From the NCBI GenBank assembly GCA_028023455.1, contig JAQFVV010000007.1, positions 2,914,001 to 2,978,000 on the forward strand: a DNA stretch of 64,000 nucleotides, read 5' to 3'. The position numbers and the translations under genes were made by a program. Below the pieces are notes generated by a model. The model worked only from the letters and a program-made list of their open reading frames with translations. It was not told the origin of the DNA and did not search any database. Of this stretch, positions 1 through 13,099 are shown one piece after another; the stretch's first letter is position 1; each line of letters opens with the position of its first letter. The DNA comes from Epiperipatus broadwayi. Its lineage: Eukaryota > Animalia > Onychophora.

Positions 1-1079
1 ATACAAACTATCTATCATTTTCTTTGCCTTTTACTATATTCTTAGTGACCACCATCATTTGTTCTCTGGGTTCTCATCTCAGTATCGCAATATCGTCAGA
101 AAAATGTAATGTTTTAAATCTTTTTTATTATTAAATAAATATAAGCAAAACCTTTGGAAATATAAAAAAAAAAAATCTGAAAAACATTTTTTTAGTAAAA
201 GATAATTCAGAGATCCAATATAGAATTCTATATTTACGCTTCTTTAAAATTAATAATATGTGTTTGAATCTTAATCTACAAACCAAATTTACTGTCACGA
301 CGTTTAGGTAGTTTCTCTCAGTGTTAGAAGTGCTTATTATTATTATTTTTTACTTTTTTTAGAAATTGAATGAATGAAACTCGTCTAGTCGGTGGTTAAA
401 CATTCCCCTATATTTTTTTAATAATATGAACAGATAACATTTCAGATTAAAATTGAATTGAAATATTTTTTCACTCTTATAAAGCTACATATTAAATCTG
501 TTACAGATGTAAAATTAAATGGTTACAAAAATTTTTGAGTACGTCAAAATCTTTAATCTTTTATTCTAAATGATACGAGGGTGGGTGATTCTTATAGATT
601 TATTGGTATTTTTCATTTTGATGCATTTATGATTGTTTATATATATATATAAGTTCCAAATAATTTTAACAATATATATATATTAATTAATAGCTGATTA
701 ATTAAAATATATGTTTTATTATTGTTAAAATTATTTGAAACTTACATATAGTATATTTATAACGGATAATTTATAGTTGTTTATATATATACACACATTA
801 TATTTGTATTCATATATATATATATATTGCGTGGGTATACTTATATATGAGTGTATATATATACAAATTTATACCAAGTCATATATTTTATCTTAGTAAT
901 TATGTATTTGCATTTGATGCTCGCGTATGGGGTGTGTATACACATTCACACAATAATCACATTATTTGAGTCTTTTCATTATTTGTTTTAGAATTGAAGA
1001 TTCGAAGTTATAATTAATAGAAAAGTTTTCCAAACACGATTAAAATTGAAAATGTTTTTGGAAATGTTTAATATTAATT

Positions 1080-1330
1080 TGAAGCGAACGGCACACCTGA
1101 ATGTTTGAGTCTGAAGGCGGTCTATCGTATATATAACTTTGCCGACAAACTCAGGAAGTCCTTCTTTCATAATAGTTAAGTTGAGTAAAAAATACCGCCA
1201 AATCATCGTTTTATGCACCATTATTTGAGCGCTTGCCAGCCGAGTGACATCCATTCTCAACCTCGCTAGCCGCCCGGTTGGCTATGAAGAGCTTTGGCGG
1301 CGAAGTATTTTGAAGCTGACCCTTGATCCA
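1080..1330. promoter_or_regulatory. CpG-rich island, candidate promoter or 5' exon
   Basis: Locally GC- and CpG-rich (gcgaacggc, gccagccgag, gccgcccgg, ggcggcgaag) in a CpG-depleted background. No recognisable protein in any frame. Confidence 0.3.
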
Positions 1331-2299
1331 TTATAAACCAACCACTCATCCTTGACACAATCAACCAAAAAGAAATATTTTGATATATTTCAGGTAGCAC
1401 ACCGTTTCGGTTTTATTTAATTAATACCAAAATAAATAAATGAAATAAAATAATTATAATGTATTTATAAAGTAGAGGAACAGAAATATGAATAGTACAT
1501 GTTTAATTTATTTGAATATTAACCAGTGTGTAGATGCACGTATATATACATTCATTTACGAATAATTCTGTGCCTTAATAGCTAGCAAGCATGACTTAGA
1601 TTCGAATCGGAAACTTTTTTCCAGATTACAAATAAATTATTATTTTTTTTTTTTTAGTAACCAACACAAAGCAAATATCGATGGCAAAGAAATATCTAAC
1701 TATTTTTTAATTAGAAATTCAAACAAAAAGGTAAAACCTTAAACTTTCACCATTATCCAGCGTTTTTCCTCACTTTTCCTCTTTGAAGGTGTATTGTAAA
1801 AACTTTTGACCTACAGAGGGGTATTTAAAACATGTGTAGCGTTTACTATATATATTTAGCAATGTATAGATGCCTGTACATCGTAACCATTATTAGTAGT
1901 CATGAAGATCGTTGTTCAACACTTCTGCAAATAAAAGAAACAAATATGTGTAAGAAAAAGAGAACAAAACAAAGGAACAGATTAATACGAGACACATAGG
2001 TGTGTGTGTTCATATATATTAAATGCTAGAGGTTTGACAATCTTTCTCTGGTCCATCTTTCAGTAGCATGTATGTATAAATTTATGAAACTAATATCACT
2101 ACTTGGAAATTACATTTCATTTGATGGTAAATTCGTGGTTGAAGACTATAAGTTATGAAAGCTCACACCAATGCTGTGGACATAAACTGGTGAATTCTGT
2201 CAGTATAATAGAAAGTGCAGGACTACAAAGATAAAAGTCTTAGGCTCTTAGAATAAAAAATATATGGTGTTGGAAAACATGGGATATCTCAAATACTGA

Positions 2300-4850
2300 G
2301 TATCTCTTTACAGAGTGATCTTGAAGGTATATCAAAATCAAAATAAAATCATTTGAAAGTTAATTGTACAACATAACCTCATATAATTGCATTTCAGGGA
2401 TTCAACATTCTTTTAATAAAGCATGTTTTAAAACCATGGCTTCTCATTAATTCTTAACAGAATGTATAATAAACATCGTTTAAAGCCAATTCAAAATGAA
2501 GACAACTTCTATTAAAGATGGTTCAGATGTTAACAATAATCACTACTCATAATAGACAATTTTTATGAAGTAATGTTTATAAACCTTCTAATACAACTGG
2601 CCCTACTTCCCAGATTTTATTTCATTTTCTGTATTTATAAAATATTTTAATTTATAGGAATATTTGAGAATATGCAAATGAGGATGAATCAGGTTTTCCA
2701 ATTTTAGATAAAAAGCTTTGAATAATGTGTGCACATTTTATGATGCCAAGCATAGATATAATACAGATACAACCTTTGTTTTATGTTTTTGCAGCAAAAA
2801 ATAGTTAACCATTATTTACTGATTTACTATAGTCAATATAAACAAACCTTACCAATATTGAATTCACATTCCTATAGTGTAAAATCACCATGTCCTGAAG
2901 ATATAGTTTAAGAAAAAGTGAGTCAATATACATGATATTTTGAGAGATATATTCAAAGAATTCCATCCATTTCTTGCTATATTAGATTTAACCAATTTAT
3001 TACTACAGTTACCAAAGGATCCATTGCCTTAATATTGAATAACATCCCAGTTTGGGATAAAATGAAGTGTTCTTTATAGCTAATTTTTGTCCAGAAATTG
3101 CTGACAACTTACTTTCTTACTGAAGTTAAGAAAGAAATATAAAAGATAGTATAGAAAGGCAAAACTTGGGATAAAATGAAAGTGTTCTTTATAGCTAATT
3201 TTTGTCCAGAAATTGCTGACAACTTACTTTCTTACTGAAGTTAAGAAAGAAATATAAAAGAAAGTATAGAAAGGCAAAACTTTATAAACTCTCATTGATG
3301 CAGTCAAGAAGATTGGTAAACTTATAACCAAACTTTTAAATCGAATGTTACTAAAACTAGAAATAGCATTATTTAGACAGAATTATATGCTCATCTTTCC
3401 TTCACAACGATTCTCTAATTTCAATCTAATAAAACAGGAACATAAACATGTCCAGGTTGTCATAAATCAAGAAAAGCCTCAGCAGCAGATAGTATATTTC
3501 CAGAATTTTAAAATGAAAAACATGATCTAAGTCAAAGTATTCCAAAAATTTGACTGAAAGCAAAACTATAGCAGTCTTAAAACCTAATAAAAGTTAATCC
3601 TGCATTACCCATTATTATATTAGTTGGGAGCTATCTATTTTAGACTGAATTTAGACAAGGAGAAGTTGTAAACAAATAAAAATATAACTTATATTGAAAA
3701 GAATTTCAAAATGCTATATTTATCTCAGCTTAGGATTCTGCTTAGAAAAAAAAAAAGATTTTTTAAAAATCTCTAAAATCGAAGCTGAAAAATGATTATT
3801 TTAGTTGACTCTATTAAAAAATTCAAGTGATATTAGCAAATATAAAATGTTACTAAATGGTCTATCCCAAGGTTTGGTTTTCTAACCTACTTTATTTAAT
3901 GCACTTTACTAGTCATTTTTCAAAATATATTACAGATAATTCATTTTTGATGATATCATTGCTTTGAGTTTACAAAAGAGATCCTTTCCAGTAACTAAAA
4001 AAGCTACTTAATATGGATATGAACAGTTTTAAAATGCTTTTCAAAGACTTGAGACTTATGCTAATTTTTATGTTCAACTTTTTTCATTCAAATAATAGGA
4101 AGATATGTAATAAACTAAATACAACTTTGTGCAATGATACCTAAAACACACTCCTAATCCATGCTAATTCAGATGTATCATAGACCATAGTCTATCTTAT
4201 TTAACTCATTTTATGAAAGATTAGACCTAAAACACATTCTAAAAATAACTTCTTGTTGTAAAGTTGAGGAGTTGTTTCTTAACACATTCTACCGGTGAAT
4301 AATCACATTAAACTTTTGGATACGCAATTAAATATTTTCATGAGAACTATTATTAGCATATTCAAATTTGCCTCCCCCCTTGTATTGCTTTATTGTTTTT
4401 TCACATCTTTCCTCACCATACATTACAAGGCAAATTACTTCACAGAAAATGTATAAAATCTCTTATGTAGATTAGTTATACTAATAAAGAAATATATAGT
4501 TTTACACTCAAATCAAGATACTCTTTCAGGAGGTTCAACCAAATATTCCTTCAAATAACCCAAGAATTTAAGTTTAAAAATTGGACCTTTTATAAAGTCT
4601 AATAAATATCTTTTTCTGGATCTAATAATAAAACCAACTGATTTTATATGGATGCTACTGAGTTTATTTGAGTTTAAACATATGCACTGAATTTATTAAC
4701 TTCAGGAAAAAAATAATAGCCTTGACTTATGTATTTATGATTAAACACAAATCTTGAACAGCATAGTTACTGACTACCAAATGTACCCATTTTTGAAGGA
4801 CTTTTACATACAATGTAAAAATTAAGTGTGAATAGTAGGTACATTTTTTT
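2300..4850 (+). mobile_element. Decayed non-LTR retrotransposon (EN-RT-zinc knuckle remnant)
   Basis: Frameshifted RT motifs: GLSQGLVF*PTLFN (~3860-3900, like GxPQGSVLSPxLFN) and FDDII (~3945, like YADD). C-terminal HxxxxCP-like remnant near 4760-4800. Boundaries approximate. Confidence 0.55.
3052..3280 (+). repeat. 114 bp tandem duplication inside the LINE remnant
   Basis: ttgggataaaatgaa...ggcaaaac occurs twice, starting at 3052 and 3166, nearly identical. Confidence 0.95.
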
Positions 4851-5085
4851 TTATATATTGAATCTATATCCTGATTAATCTCTACAAATTTCTGCATAAT
4901 TTTGTGCTACTTGCATGGAGTAAAAATTTCAAAATATTTGTTAATTAAACCTAGTGCAGAACACTTTTTTCAAAAAACAAATATTGATTTACTATCAAAA
5001 TATTAGATTTCTTTTTACATTTCAAAAACAAATTTATTCACATACAGGTAAAATACAAGATAAGGCAATAACTATACATAGTTAA

Positions 5086-5485
5086 ATCAAGTACCATGAT
5101 TACATATGATACAAATAAGCAAAAAAAAAAATTTCAAAGATTACATAAGGCACTGGAAAACAAGGCAATAGCATCAATAAGTATACAGAACTAAATCAAA
5201 TATAGAGATTACATAAGTATATATAGAGTTAAGTAGATTTCAAAGATTACATATGGAGCCAGAAGATAAGGCAATAGGATTCTTTATATCAAGTACCATG
5301 ATTACATATGATACAAATAAGCAAAAAAAAAAATTTCAAAGATTACATAAGGCACTGGAAAACAAGGCAATAGCATCAATAAGTATACAGAACTAAATCA
5401 AATATAGAGATTACATAAGTATATATAGAGTTAAGTAGATTTCAAAGATTACATATGGAGCCAGAAGATAAGGCAATAGGATTCT
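5086..5485. repeat. 202 bp tandem duplication at the 3' UTR end of a Tx1/L1-like element
   Basis: atcaagtaccatg...ggattct starts at 5086 and 5288 and appears identical. Internal subrepeats ttcaaagattacata and aaggcaata. Confidence 0.95.
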
Positions 5486-5489
5486 CAGG

Positions 5490-5850
5490 ATTAAACTACA
5501 GCCTGGTCTGGTCCCAGGTCTGTTCAGCCAACCAGGGTTGACAAGTCCATTTGTCATCTTCACTGATATTGTGTAGGGTATTAAAGAAAAGTTCATTAAT
5601 GGAACAGTCAATCCCTTTATCAAAAATAACCCTGCATCTGACTAACCAAATAGAAAAGTTTATAAAAGTAGCAAGCCTAAGTGGTCCAAAGCATCCCTTT
5701 TGGATTTCAGTCTTGAGAATAATATTGGCTGGATCCATGTTCCATCGTAAAGCCAGGTTTTGGAAGTAAATCCATGATCCACATTGATCTAAAATGTGAG
5801 CAATGGTCTACTCCTGCTTGAGGCATGGGGGACAAATAGGGTATCAAAGG
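5490..5850 (-). mobile_element. Tx1/L1-like LINE ORF2 C-terminal remnant
   Basis: Minus strand reads ICPPCLKQE*TIAHILDQC, a CCHC zinc knuckle, followed by ORF 5496-5738. Similar to 58140-58480. Confidence 0.55.
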
Positions 5851-6329
5851 GGTTATAAGATTTCTTTTTAATGTTTATTAATCGTTAGCTGAGTAAAAAA
5901 AATCCATATCAAAGTAAATACGACTTGCTATACATTTAATACTCGTTTGACTTTTGAAGATGATATTATTTTAACGTATGCAACAAATTCTTTCCATTAA
6001 ATATATTTTTAGAAATCCTTATTATTTTTCATTTGTTTTACTATTTAACCAAATAAAAATTTGTCTCACAATTATAAATTCAATCCAGAACATTTAAAAA
6101 CATTTCAATTATATATATAATATTTAAATACAAGTATATTGCCTATGCTAAATTTAATGTGATTAGAAAGGGATTTGAAATCAGACTTTCAAATTCCCTA
6201 CAGCTATCTACTCCATTCTATTATTCAGCATAGACAATATATTTGTATTTAAATATTACATATTCAGCCTGTATTCTGCCCATCCTCTTCTGTGTAATTG
6301 AATGGATACATTAAGGTCCTATACATGAA

Positions 6330-6720
6330 AGGCAAAGTGACTTAAAGTCAACATGGGTATGAAAATAATATTGGCATCAACAAGGGCTTTGAGCATTCCC
6401 TCATCAGATTTTCAATGAAATGGATAGCTGAAGAGTTGGAGGGTGGAAAAGATTTAATTTAAGCATGTTCATTAAAGTTTGAAGATCTGCTATCTTAATA
6501 TAAACTGAGATCTAATTATATATATATATATATATATATATGTTTGAGAGATTATGATCTGGACCAACTGATGAGTGCTGGATTAGCACAAAATATGTAT
6601 ATTGGAAATTATTTATCTTTTTCACATGTAAGTAGTCATGTGCATCAGTTATCTAGAATGGAGTGAATGATTGTAGGGAGCTTAAAAGTCTGAGTTCAAA
6701 TCCCTACTATATATTACATT
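6330..6720 (+). mobile_element. HHR family 2 copy 1: LINE-like 3' end, (TA)n, hammerhead-like motif, B-box-like tail
   Basis: ccaa-CTGATGA-gtgct-ggatt-agcac-AAAA-tatgtat-a-ttgg at 6564-6605, then gagttcaaatcc. Homologous to 10600-10925 (-), 10930-11100 (+) and 57116-57273 (+). Confidence 0.7.
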
Positions 6721-6729
6721 TAATGTTTT

Positions 6730-7457
6730 CATGGTTATATAATGTAAGTAAAGTATTTTTTGGGTTAAACCATGTTTTACTTTGTATTAATTCTTGACAT
6801 TTTGAAGAAATAACATCCGTCAAGTTTAAAGAAAAAACATTAGATCTCAAGTAGGCATGATACTAAAAAGAAAAAAAGGATGAAATTAATAATTCAACTA
6901 GTTATAGAATGGTTTTACCTTATATTATAGGAGTCTCTGATAAGATCAGTAGAAGTCTATTTAATTTTAACATTATGATTACTTTTCCCACAAGCAAAAA
7001 AATTGATGATTTCCCCCATAAACCTAAAAGCAGAGTACTTTTGAAATACCAGGGTATTTATGTAAGTCCATGTTCAAAAGTGCTTAAAAAGTCATGTAGG
7101 TTAATTCAGTAGATAAATTAATATCAGAATTAAGGAGCATTAAAATGCCTTCAATCAGATGTTAAATACATCAATTTTTATTTTACATTTTTTTTTTAGA
7201 AAATAGTGACAAACCTGATTTAGATCATGCTAAAATACTTTCTTATTTAGAAAAGTATGATTTGAGAACCACGAGGGAATGTACTGAGATATTAAAAAGA
7301 CCAAGTGATTTAAATAAAGCTGATGAAGCATAATGAATTCCAGCTTTGTAGAGACCACTTATTTTACCTCTTTCTTTTAATATCAACTTGAAATCAATTG
7401 TCGTGAAACTGAAGAAACTAAACATGTTGTTAATCAATGCATTCTGAATAATCAGCT

Positions 7458-7521
<64 letters not shown>

Positions 7522-7680
7522 TGACTGTTCTTTACTTTATGCTCAATCTTGTTAATACTTGAGATCTAATGATTTTTCTTTAAAAACTTGACAATAATGA
7601 ATATTATTTCATTGAAATGTTGGAATTAATACAAAATAATACACAATTTAACCAAAAAATATTTTATTTATATATGTGTG
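6730..7680 (+). mobile_element. 5'-truncated Penelope-like element with an inverted terminal copy
   Basis: LPYIIGVSDKISRSL...GIYVSPCS (6909-7112) and DHAKILSYLEKYDLRTTRECTEILKRPSDLNK (~7222-7320) match the PLE linker and GIY-YIG C-terminus. 6730-6855 is an inverted copy of 7555-7680. Confidence 0.75.
7461..7518. repeat. (AT)n microsatellite
   Basis: Perfect AT run. Confidence 0.98.
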
Positions 7681-10599
7681 GTAAGTCATCTAATTTTATA
7701 TTCTTCAAGTGAGTTAACTTTAAACTTGGCTATAACAACAGGAATACAGCAATGAAAAACTTTGTTAAATGAATCAACCAATCCAATATTGACTGATGGT
7801 GGCATCTATGACAAATTCAATTTTCTCTAAATAAAATCTAATTTCATTTTAATCTTTGAGTAGAAAGAAATTTTAAAAAGGAAATAGCATATATTCATTG
7901 AACTTCAAAGATATCTTTGATTAATACTTGTTTCCTTTTGAGTTATATAATACATAATTTATAATTTATATTACAAAAAATTGCAACACTAATATGATGA
8001 TTATATACAGATTGATATACATATATCTCAAACATTTCTGTAGACATTGGTGGATAGTAAAGAAATAAAGTAAAAATAAAAGATATATGATAAAAATTAT
8101 GTACTCAAATTTCTTAATATATACATACATTTTTAAATTTTTATTTGCATTATTAAATGTCAATTTGTTAACCCAGAATATTCATTATCTTATTTTCATT
8201 CTTTTATAAATAACCTTCATAATTAGAATAGTTAGAATATTTGACCATCATGTTCAGACTGTAGTTTATGTTAGTTAAAACTCAGAAGCAATATCAGGAA
8301 AATATTCATAAAGATGCAAAACCTTTAAGATAACCCTTCATCTAATATTATTGACCAAAACCATGACACCTTTTGCTTTGAAATGCAATTTCTTAGCAAT
8401 CAGAAGGTTATTATATTTTAAACGTATTATATTAAATTTTTATTTTTACTGTTTACAGTTTTAAAATGTCTTTTTCTTTTAGGTACAACAGTAACCTTCT
8501 GTGTGGTGTTGCATTTTTAAATAACAGATAATACCTACATTCAATACAGTTTTCATAATTTTTACTTTGACCTTTAAACTGCAGCCAGTCTTCTCTTATA
8601 AATGTTAACAGATATTTATGTCACAATGAAAATCACTAAGAAAATATATGTTTAATATGCTAATATTAAAAATGGCCATTACATTTTCATATTGTTTTGA
8701 GTTTATACATTATGAAAGGATTTTATTTATGACTTTTCTTCAATAATGCTTTGTTTTGAAAGCCATAATGGTTTTTACTTCCTTTTACACTGTGAGATGT
8801 CATGTTTTATGAATATGAGAATTCCTTATGTTACTTGAAAGAAATTCCACAAAATAAAAATTGGAGTTGATCATTGAAAAACAAGTGAAATATTTATCTA
8901 CAACAAATAAATACAAATTAATTCATGAAGAGGTAGTTTTTATACTAAAGATGCCTGTATACTACTTTTGCAGAATATTAAAATGGCAAATTGAAATAAC
9001 ATGTAAAGAATAAAGAATGGGGTTATGAAATTATCATGTTTATTAAATAAAAATAATAAATTTAAAATTTACATTATATAAAATTGCAGTATTTAAAATG
9101 AATAATGGAAATTCTATTTTTCAAACATGTTAACAATCTGCTAACTTTGAAATTACAGATTTAAACCCTGCAGCAATAACTGATAGATGTAAATAAAGTA
9201 TGGACTCAGTTTCCACGAGTGATGAAAATCTACAAAAAACAATAATTGCATTTTTTTGTTGTTGCAATCTATGAGACAACATTAACTTTAGAAAACTCAG
9301 ATTAACAGAGTCCTTTAGATTCCAGCTAATCATAATATTTATTTCCCAAATAAATAGCTATCAGTCTTTTATAGGAAGGAAAAATCCTAATCCTGGTTGT
9401 GACCTAAAAAATTTTTTTAGGATTCATCCTACACAAGCTATGGCCATGGAAGGCTTCCATATTAATCAATATTTGACAGTTTAAATTTAGCTCTTTCTGA
9501 TATAGCAATAACTAATTTGATGATGCATTGAAAAACAATAGTCGACATCTAAAAATAGCTTTTTTTAAAAAAAGATGTTTTTATAATTACTTGTTGATCA
9601 ATTTTGTATTTTTTTTTAATACTGTATCATAAACAAACTGCATATACGGTTTCTTAATGCAGATCTATTATAAAAAGTTTTAAAATCGTGAAATTTTTGT
9701 CAAATCTAATATTAGTATAGTTATAAAACAGAATTCTTTTATTTTTCCATCTATTACATTCTTTGTGCTTAATAGCAACTGCTATAATTTTGAAAGTATG
9801 TTTCAGACTATTAGATTCTGTAATGGCCAATTTCTATTAGAACTGGTTCATAGAATAACCTAGAAAAAAATGAAGAATCTGATATTTAAAATAGGAAAAA
9901 AATCACATTGTGTAGGTTTGTGCAAAATAAAGTGAATGAATAAAGAAATTCAATGTTGTTAAATAGTGGATTTATGTACATAGTGAAAAACAATGCACTA
10001 AGCAGATACCCTTGTGGGATTGATTGCTGTGGATTAAAAGGATGAGACACATTTGTTTTAGTGATAAAAACAGATGTATGTTTTTAAGCCCAAAACAAGA
10101 TTTTATATAAATGATAAATGTCAATTCTTACCAAAGCTAATCAACTAAAAAGTAATTTGGCTTTAGCAATTTTTCTTATTTATTTAATCCTCTAGTTATT
10201 AATAGCTAGCTAATTATTTACAGATTAATAATTAGACCATTGTTAGATCGGCTATCTAAAAAAAATTTCAACTTTCACCTGGTTATAAATTTAGGGTGGG
10301 AGAATAATTTGGAAAAATAGATTGTTGGAAATGAGGCTAAAAGCTATTTCATAAGATCTAGCAGCATATGTGTCCTTGACACCAGAGAACAAGATGAGAA
10401 AGCTATTATTAACACATATTAAGAATCAAAACGTATTTGAAATTAAATACAAAAATAAGTGTATAGTAACAAAGAATGTGACAAAATACTATCATATGTA
10501 GGAAAATAAAAAACAAGATGTTAGGAAATAATGAAATTACAAAGATAAATGATGGTAAATTTTTGTTGGGAAAATAATAAGATAAAAATTAATATATAC

Positions 10600-11100
10600 C
10601 TTAAAAATTTGAACCCTAACTTTCAAACACCCTTCAATCATTCACTCCATTTTATACAATTGATATATAACCACATATATGTGGGGAAAAAAAAGAGATC
10701 TCCAATATATGTATTTTGTGCTCAGCATTCATCACTTGGTCTGGATCATCATCTCCCACACACATATATAATCAGTGCTCAGTTTATATTAAGACAAAAA
10801 TGTTCAAACTTTAATGGATATGCTTCAATCTTCTCCACTCTCCAACTCTTAAACTCCCCATATCAATGAAAATCTATGATGGCATGCTCCAAGTCCTTGC
10901 TTACCAAATTTTGTTGTGTTATACCTTATGTGCGGGAGGTAATGATCCAAGCCAACTGATGTGCTGGTTCAGTATAAAATATTTATATGGGAAATCATTT
11001 ATCTTTTTCACATGTAGGTGGTCATGTATATTGGTTATATAAGACAGAGTGGGTGAATGAAAGAAGTTTGACAGACTCAAATCCCCTCTAATTACATCTA
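10600..11100. mobile_element. HHR family 2 copies as an inverted pair (minus 10600-10925, plus 10930-11100)
   Basis: The minus strand reads gatccagaccaa-gtgatga-atgct-g-agcac-aaaa-tacatat-a-ttgg. The plus copy reads gccaactgat-gtgct-ggttc-agtat-aaaa. The intervening ~155 bp matches 6380-6540 in reverse complement. Confidence 0.75.
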
Positions 11101-11149
11101 GATTAAAGTATAAATATTATACACATATTTAAACAGTAGCTTAAAAATT

Positions 11150-12110
11150 ATTTATATATGTATAGGATGACATTTAGATGATAAGAAGATATCATTCCAG
11201 AGAAGCTTCATAAACAGAATTACAGGCAAACCATGTTGGAGATTGAAACTATAATTTAGTATTGGTAGAATTGAAATTGAATTTTTAAGAATATAAAAAA
11301 TCTGAATGAAATCGATTTTTAAAAATTAAAAAAAAAAGAAGATATAAAAATGAGTTAAGTGAAAAAACAATAATAAATAATAAGATAAATATGTGTATAT
11401 AAATTAAAATGAATATTAGGAAATTGCTTAATAAAAACTGCATCACAAATATTAATGTACTGAAGAAAAAAAATTAAGAAAAAAGTGATGAAGAAAATAA
11501 TTGGTAGAGAAAAGGAAAATAAATAAATAAATACATTATATAAAAAAAAATTGCCATAGAAACCTTAAGAGTTAAAATGAAGACAATTTAAAAAAAAAAA
11601 AAAAACCAACAATACAAAATAGAATTACAGGTATATGGAAAAAATATATTTAATTTAAAATTAAGCAGAATAAAAGAGTTTAGGTGGGAAAATTTGAAAT
11701 ACAATAATGAACAACAACTGAATGGCAAATTATTAATAATAGTAGTTGACTAGCTTAGTAAATAATAATAAAACACTAATTTAAAAAAACTTGCAATCAC
11801 ACCATTTGAAGCTAAGAATATGATATATATTAATAGCATGCTAGGCAATAATAAAAATTAAAAAAACTACCTTTTCTGTGTGTATATTCATTAATTAATT
11901 TGCTCAGAAAAGAAGAAAATTAGTAATAATTGAATTACAGATATGAGTTGTATTAAAAGAATAGAAAGAGTATATAGGTAATTTGTAAGATAGATATAAC
12001 TTTGATATTAGACTTGCAACATAGGGGAAATATATCTTTTCATATCCACAATAAATGTGTAATCTTGCGCTGATGTCAAATTGAGATGAAATAATCCTTG
12101 TGATGTTATT
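11150..12110 (+). mobile_element. Heavily decayed RTE-like LINE fragment
   Basis: Remnant resembling the endonuclease PGxDxxSDHN region near 11195-11270. Purine-rich decayed coding-like strand. Confidence 0.3.
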
Positions 12111-12756
12111 AAGAACACATATCTAATATTTTCTTTATGAAAAAAGGATAAATATTTAATAAAAGTCTTATAATAATTTATATTTCTTTTAGTGGATTTT
12201 TTAAAATCTTTCTTTAAAAAAAATATTTATTAGCATTTCTGTGGGCAATCCTGTGTTCAATAAAATTCCATTTTGGAGGAAACATTTTCAGTTCAAATTC
12301 CCATTTTATGTGTATTAGAAATAAATATCAAATTTGAGGCTTCAATGTGACAATTCTTGTTATATGTTACATGGTAAGTAGTATATGTGTGTATTTTATG
12401 TGTTTTTGTAAATATTTTAAAAAATTATAATTTAGTGATTGTTTTGTGCCTATTTAAATTAACATTTTTTGCATGATGGCATCTAAGATCACAAATCTTT
12501 TTTTTTGTTTTAAAATGTTGTTTTTAATATCTATTTATATATCATTATACATTTTAAAGTCATTAATACAAAAGTCATATGAATTTGTTTTAAAATTCTG
12601 TTTTAATATTATTTTTTATCCATTTGCACCTTAATAATTGTTTTTAAAATCGTCTTTTTAATATCCATTTGTTTCTTAATATTTGTTTTAAAATGCTGTT
12701 TTAATATTATTTTTTATACTTTTAGTTATTTTTATTAGTCCTGCAATATGGAGTAT

Positions 12757-12938
12757 GTATTAGACTTGCTGCACCTTTCCACATTCATATCAATCTACTG
12801 AAAACTTTGTAAATCTTGTGAAAATATCATGTACAAGATCTTTGTACATGTTATTTTGGTCAGATCACAAGATTACAAAGTTATCAGTGGATTGATACGA
12901 ATGTGAAAAGGTGCATGCTCATGTTGCAGGTCTAATAC
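12757..12938. repeat. ~180 bp imperfect palindrome (foldback or MITE-like)
   Basis: tgcacctttccacattcatatcaatctactg...cttgtga pairs with tcacaag...gtggattgatacgaatgtgaaaaggtgca. Inner stem catgtacaa/ttgtacatg is centred on agatct. Outer stem gtattagac/gtctaatac. Confidence 0.9.
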
Positions 12939-13099
12939 CAAAGTACCAGATTAGGAAGAAAGATAAAAATAAATTAAGACTTAGTGTTAATAGAAAAGTA
13001 GGTAAAGATAAAATAAATTATGTAATAACAATGGATTTGTAAAAATTAAACAGAGTGAAAAAAAGATGACATTCCAATTGAATTACTGAAAAATACATT

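Noticed and set aside
370-400. gaaactcgtc resembling an HHR GAAAC..GUC
   Set aside because: No upstream core or stem II.
8482-8530. Plus-strand acceptor tttttcttttag followed by a short open frame
   Set aside because: No recognisable protein, early stops and no supporting partner exon.
12490-12720. Repeated tgttttaaaat/ttttaatat units
   Set aside because: Low-complexity degenerate minisatellite with no further structure.
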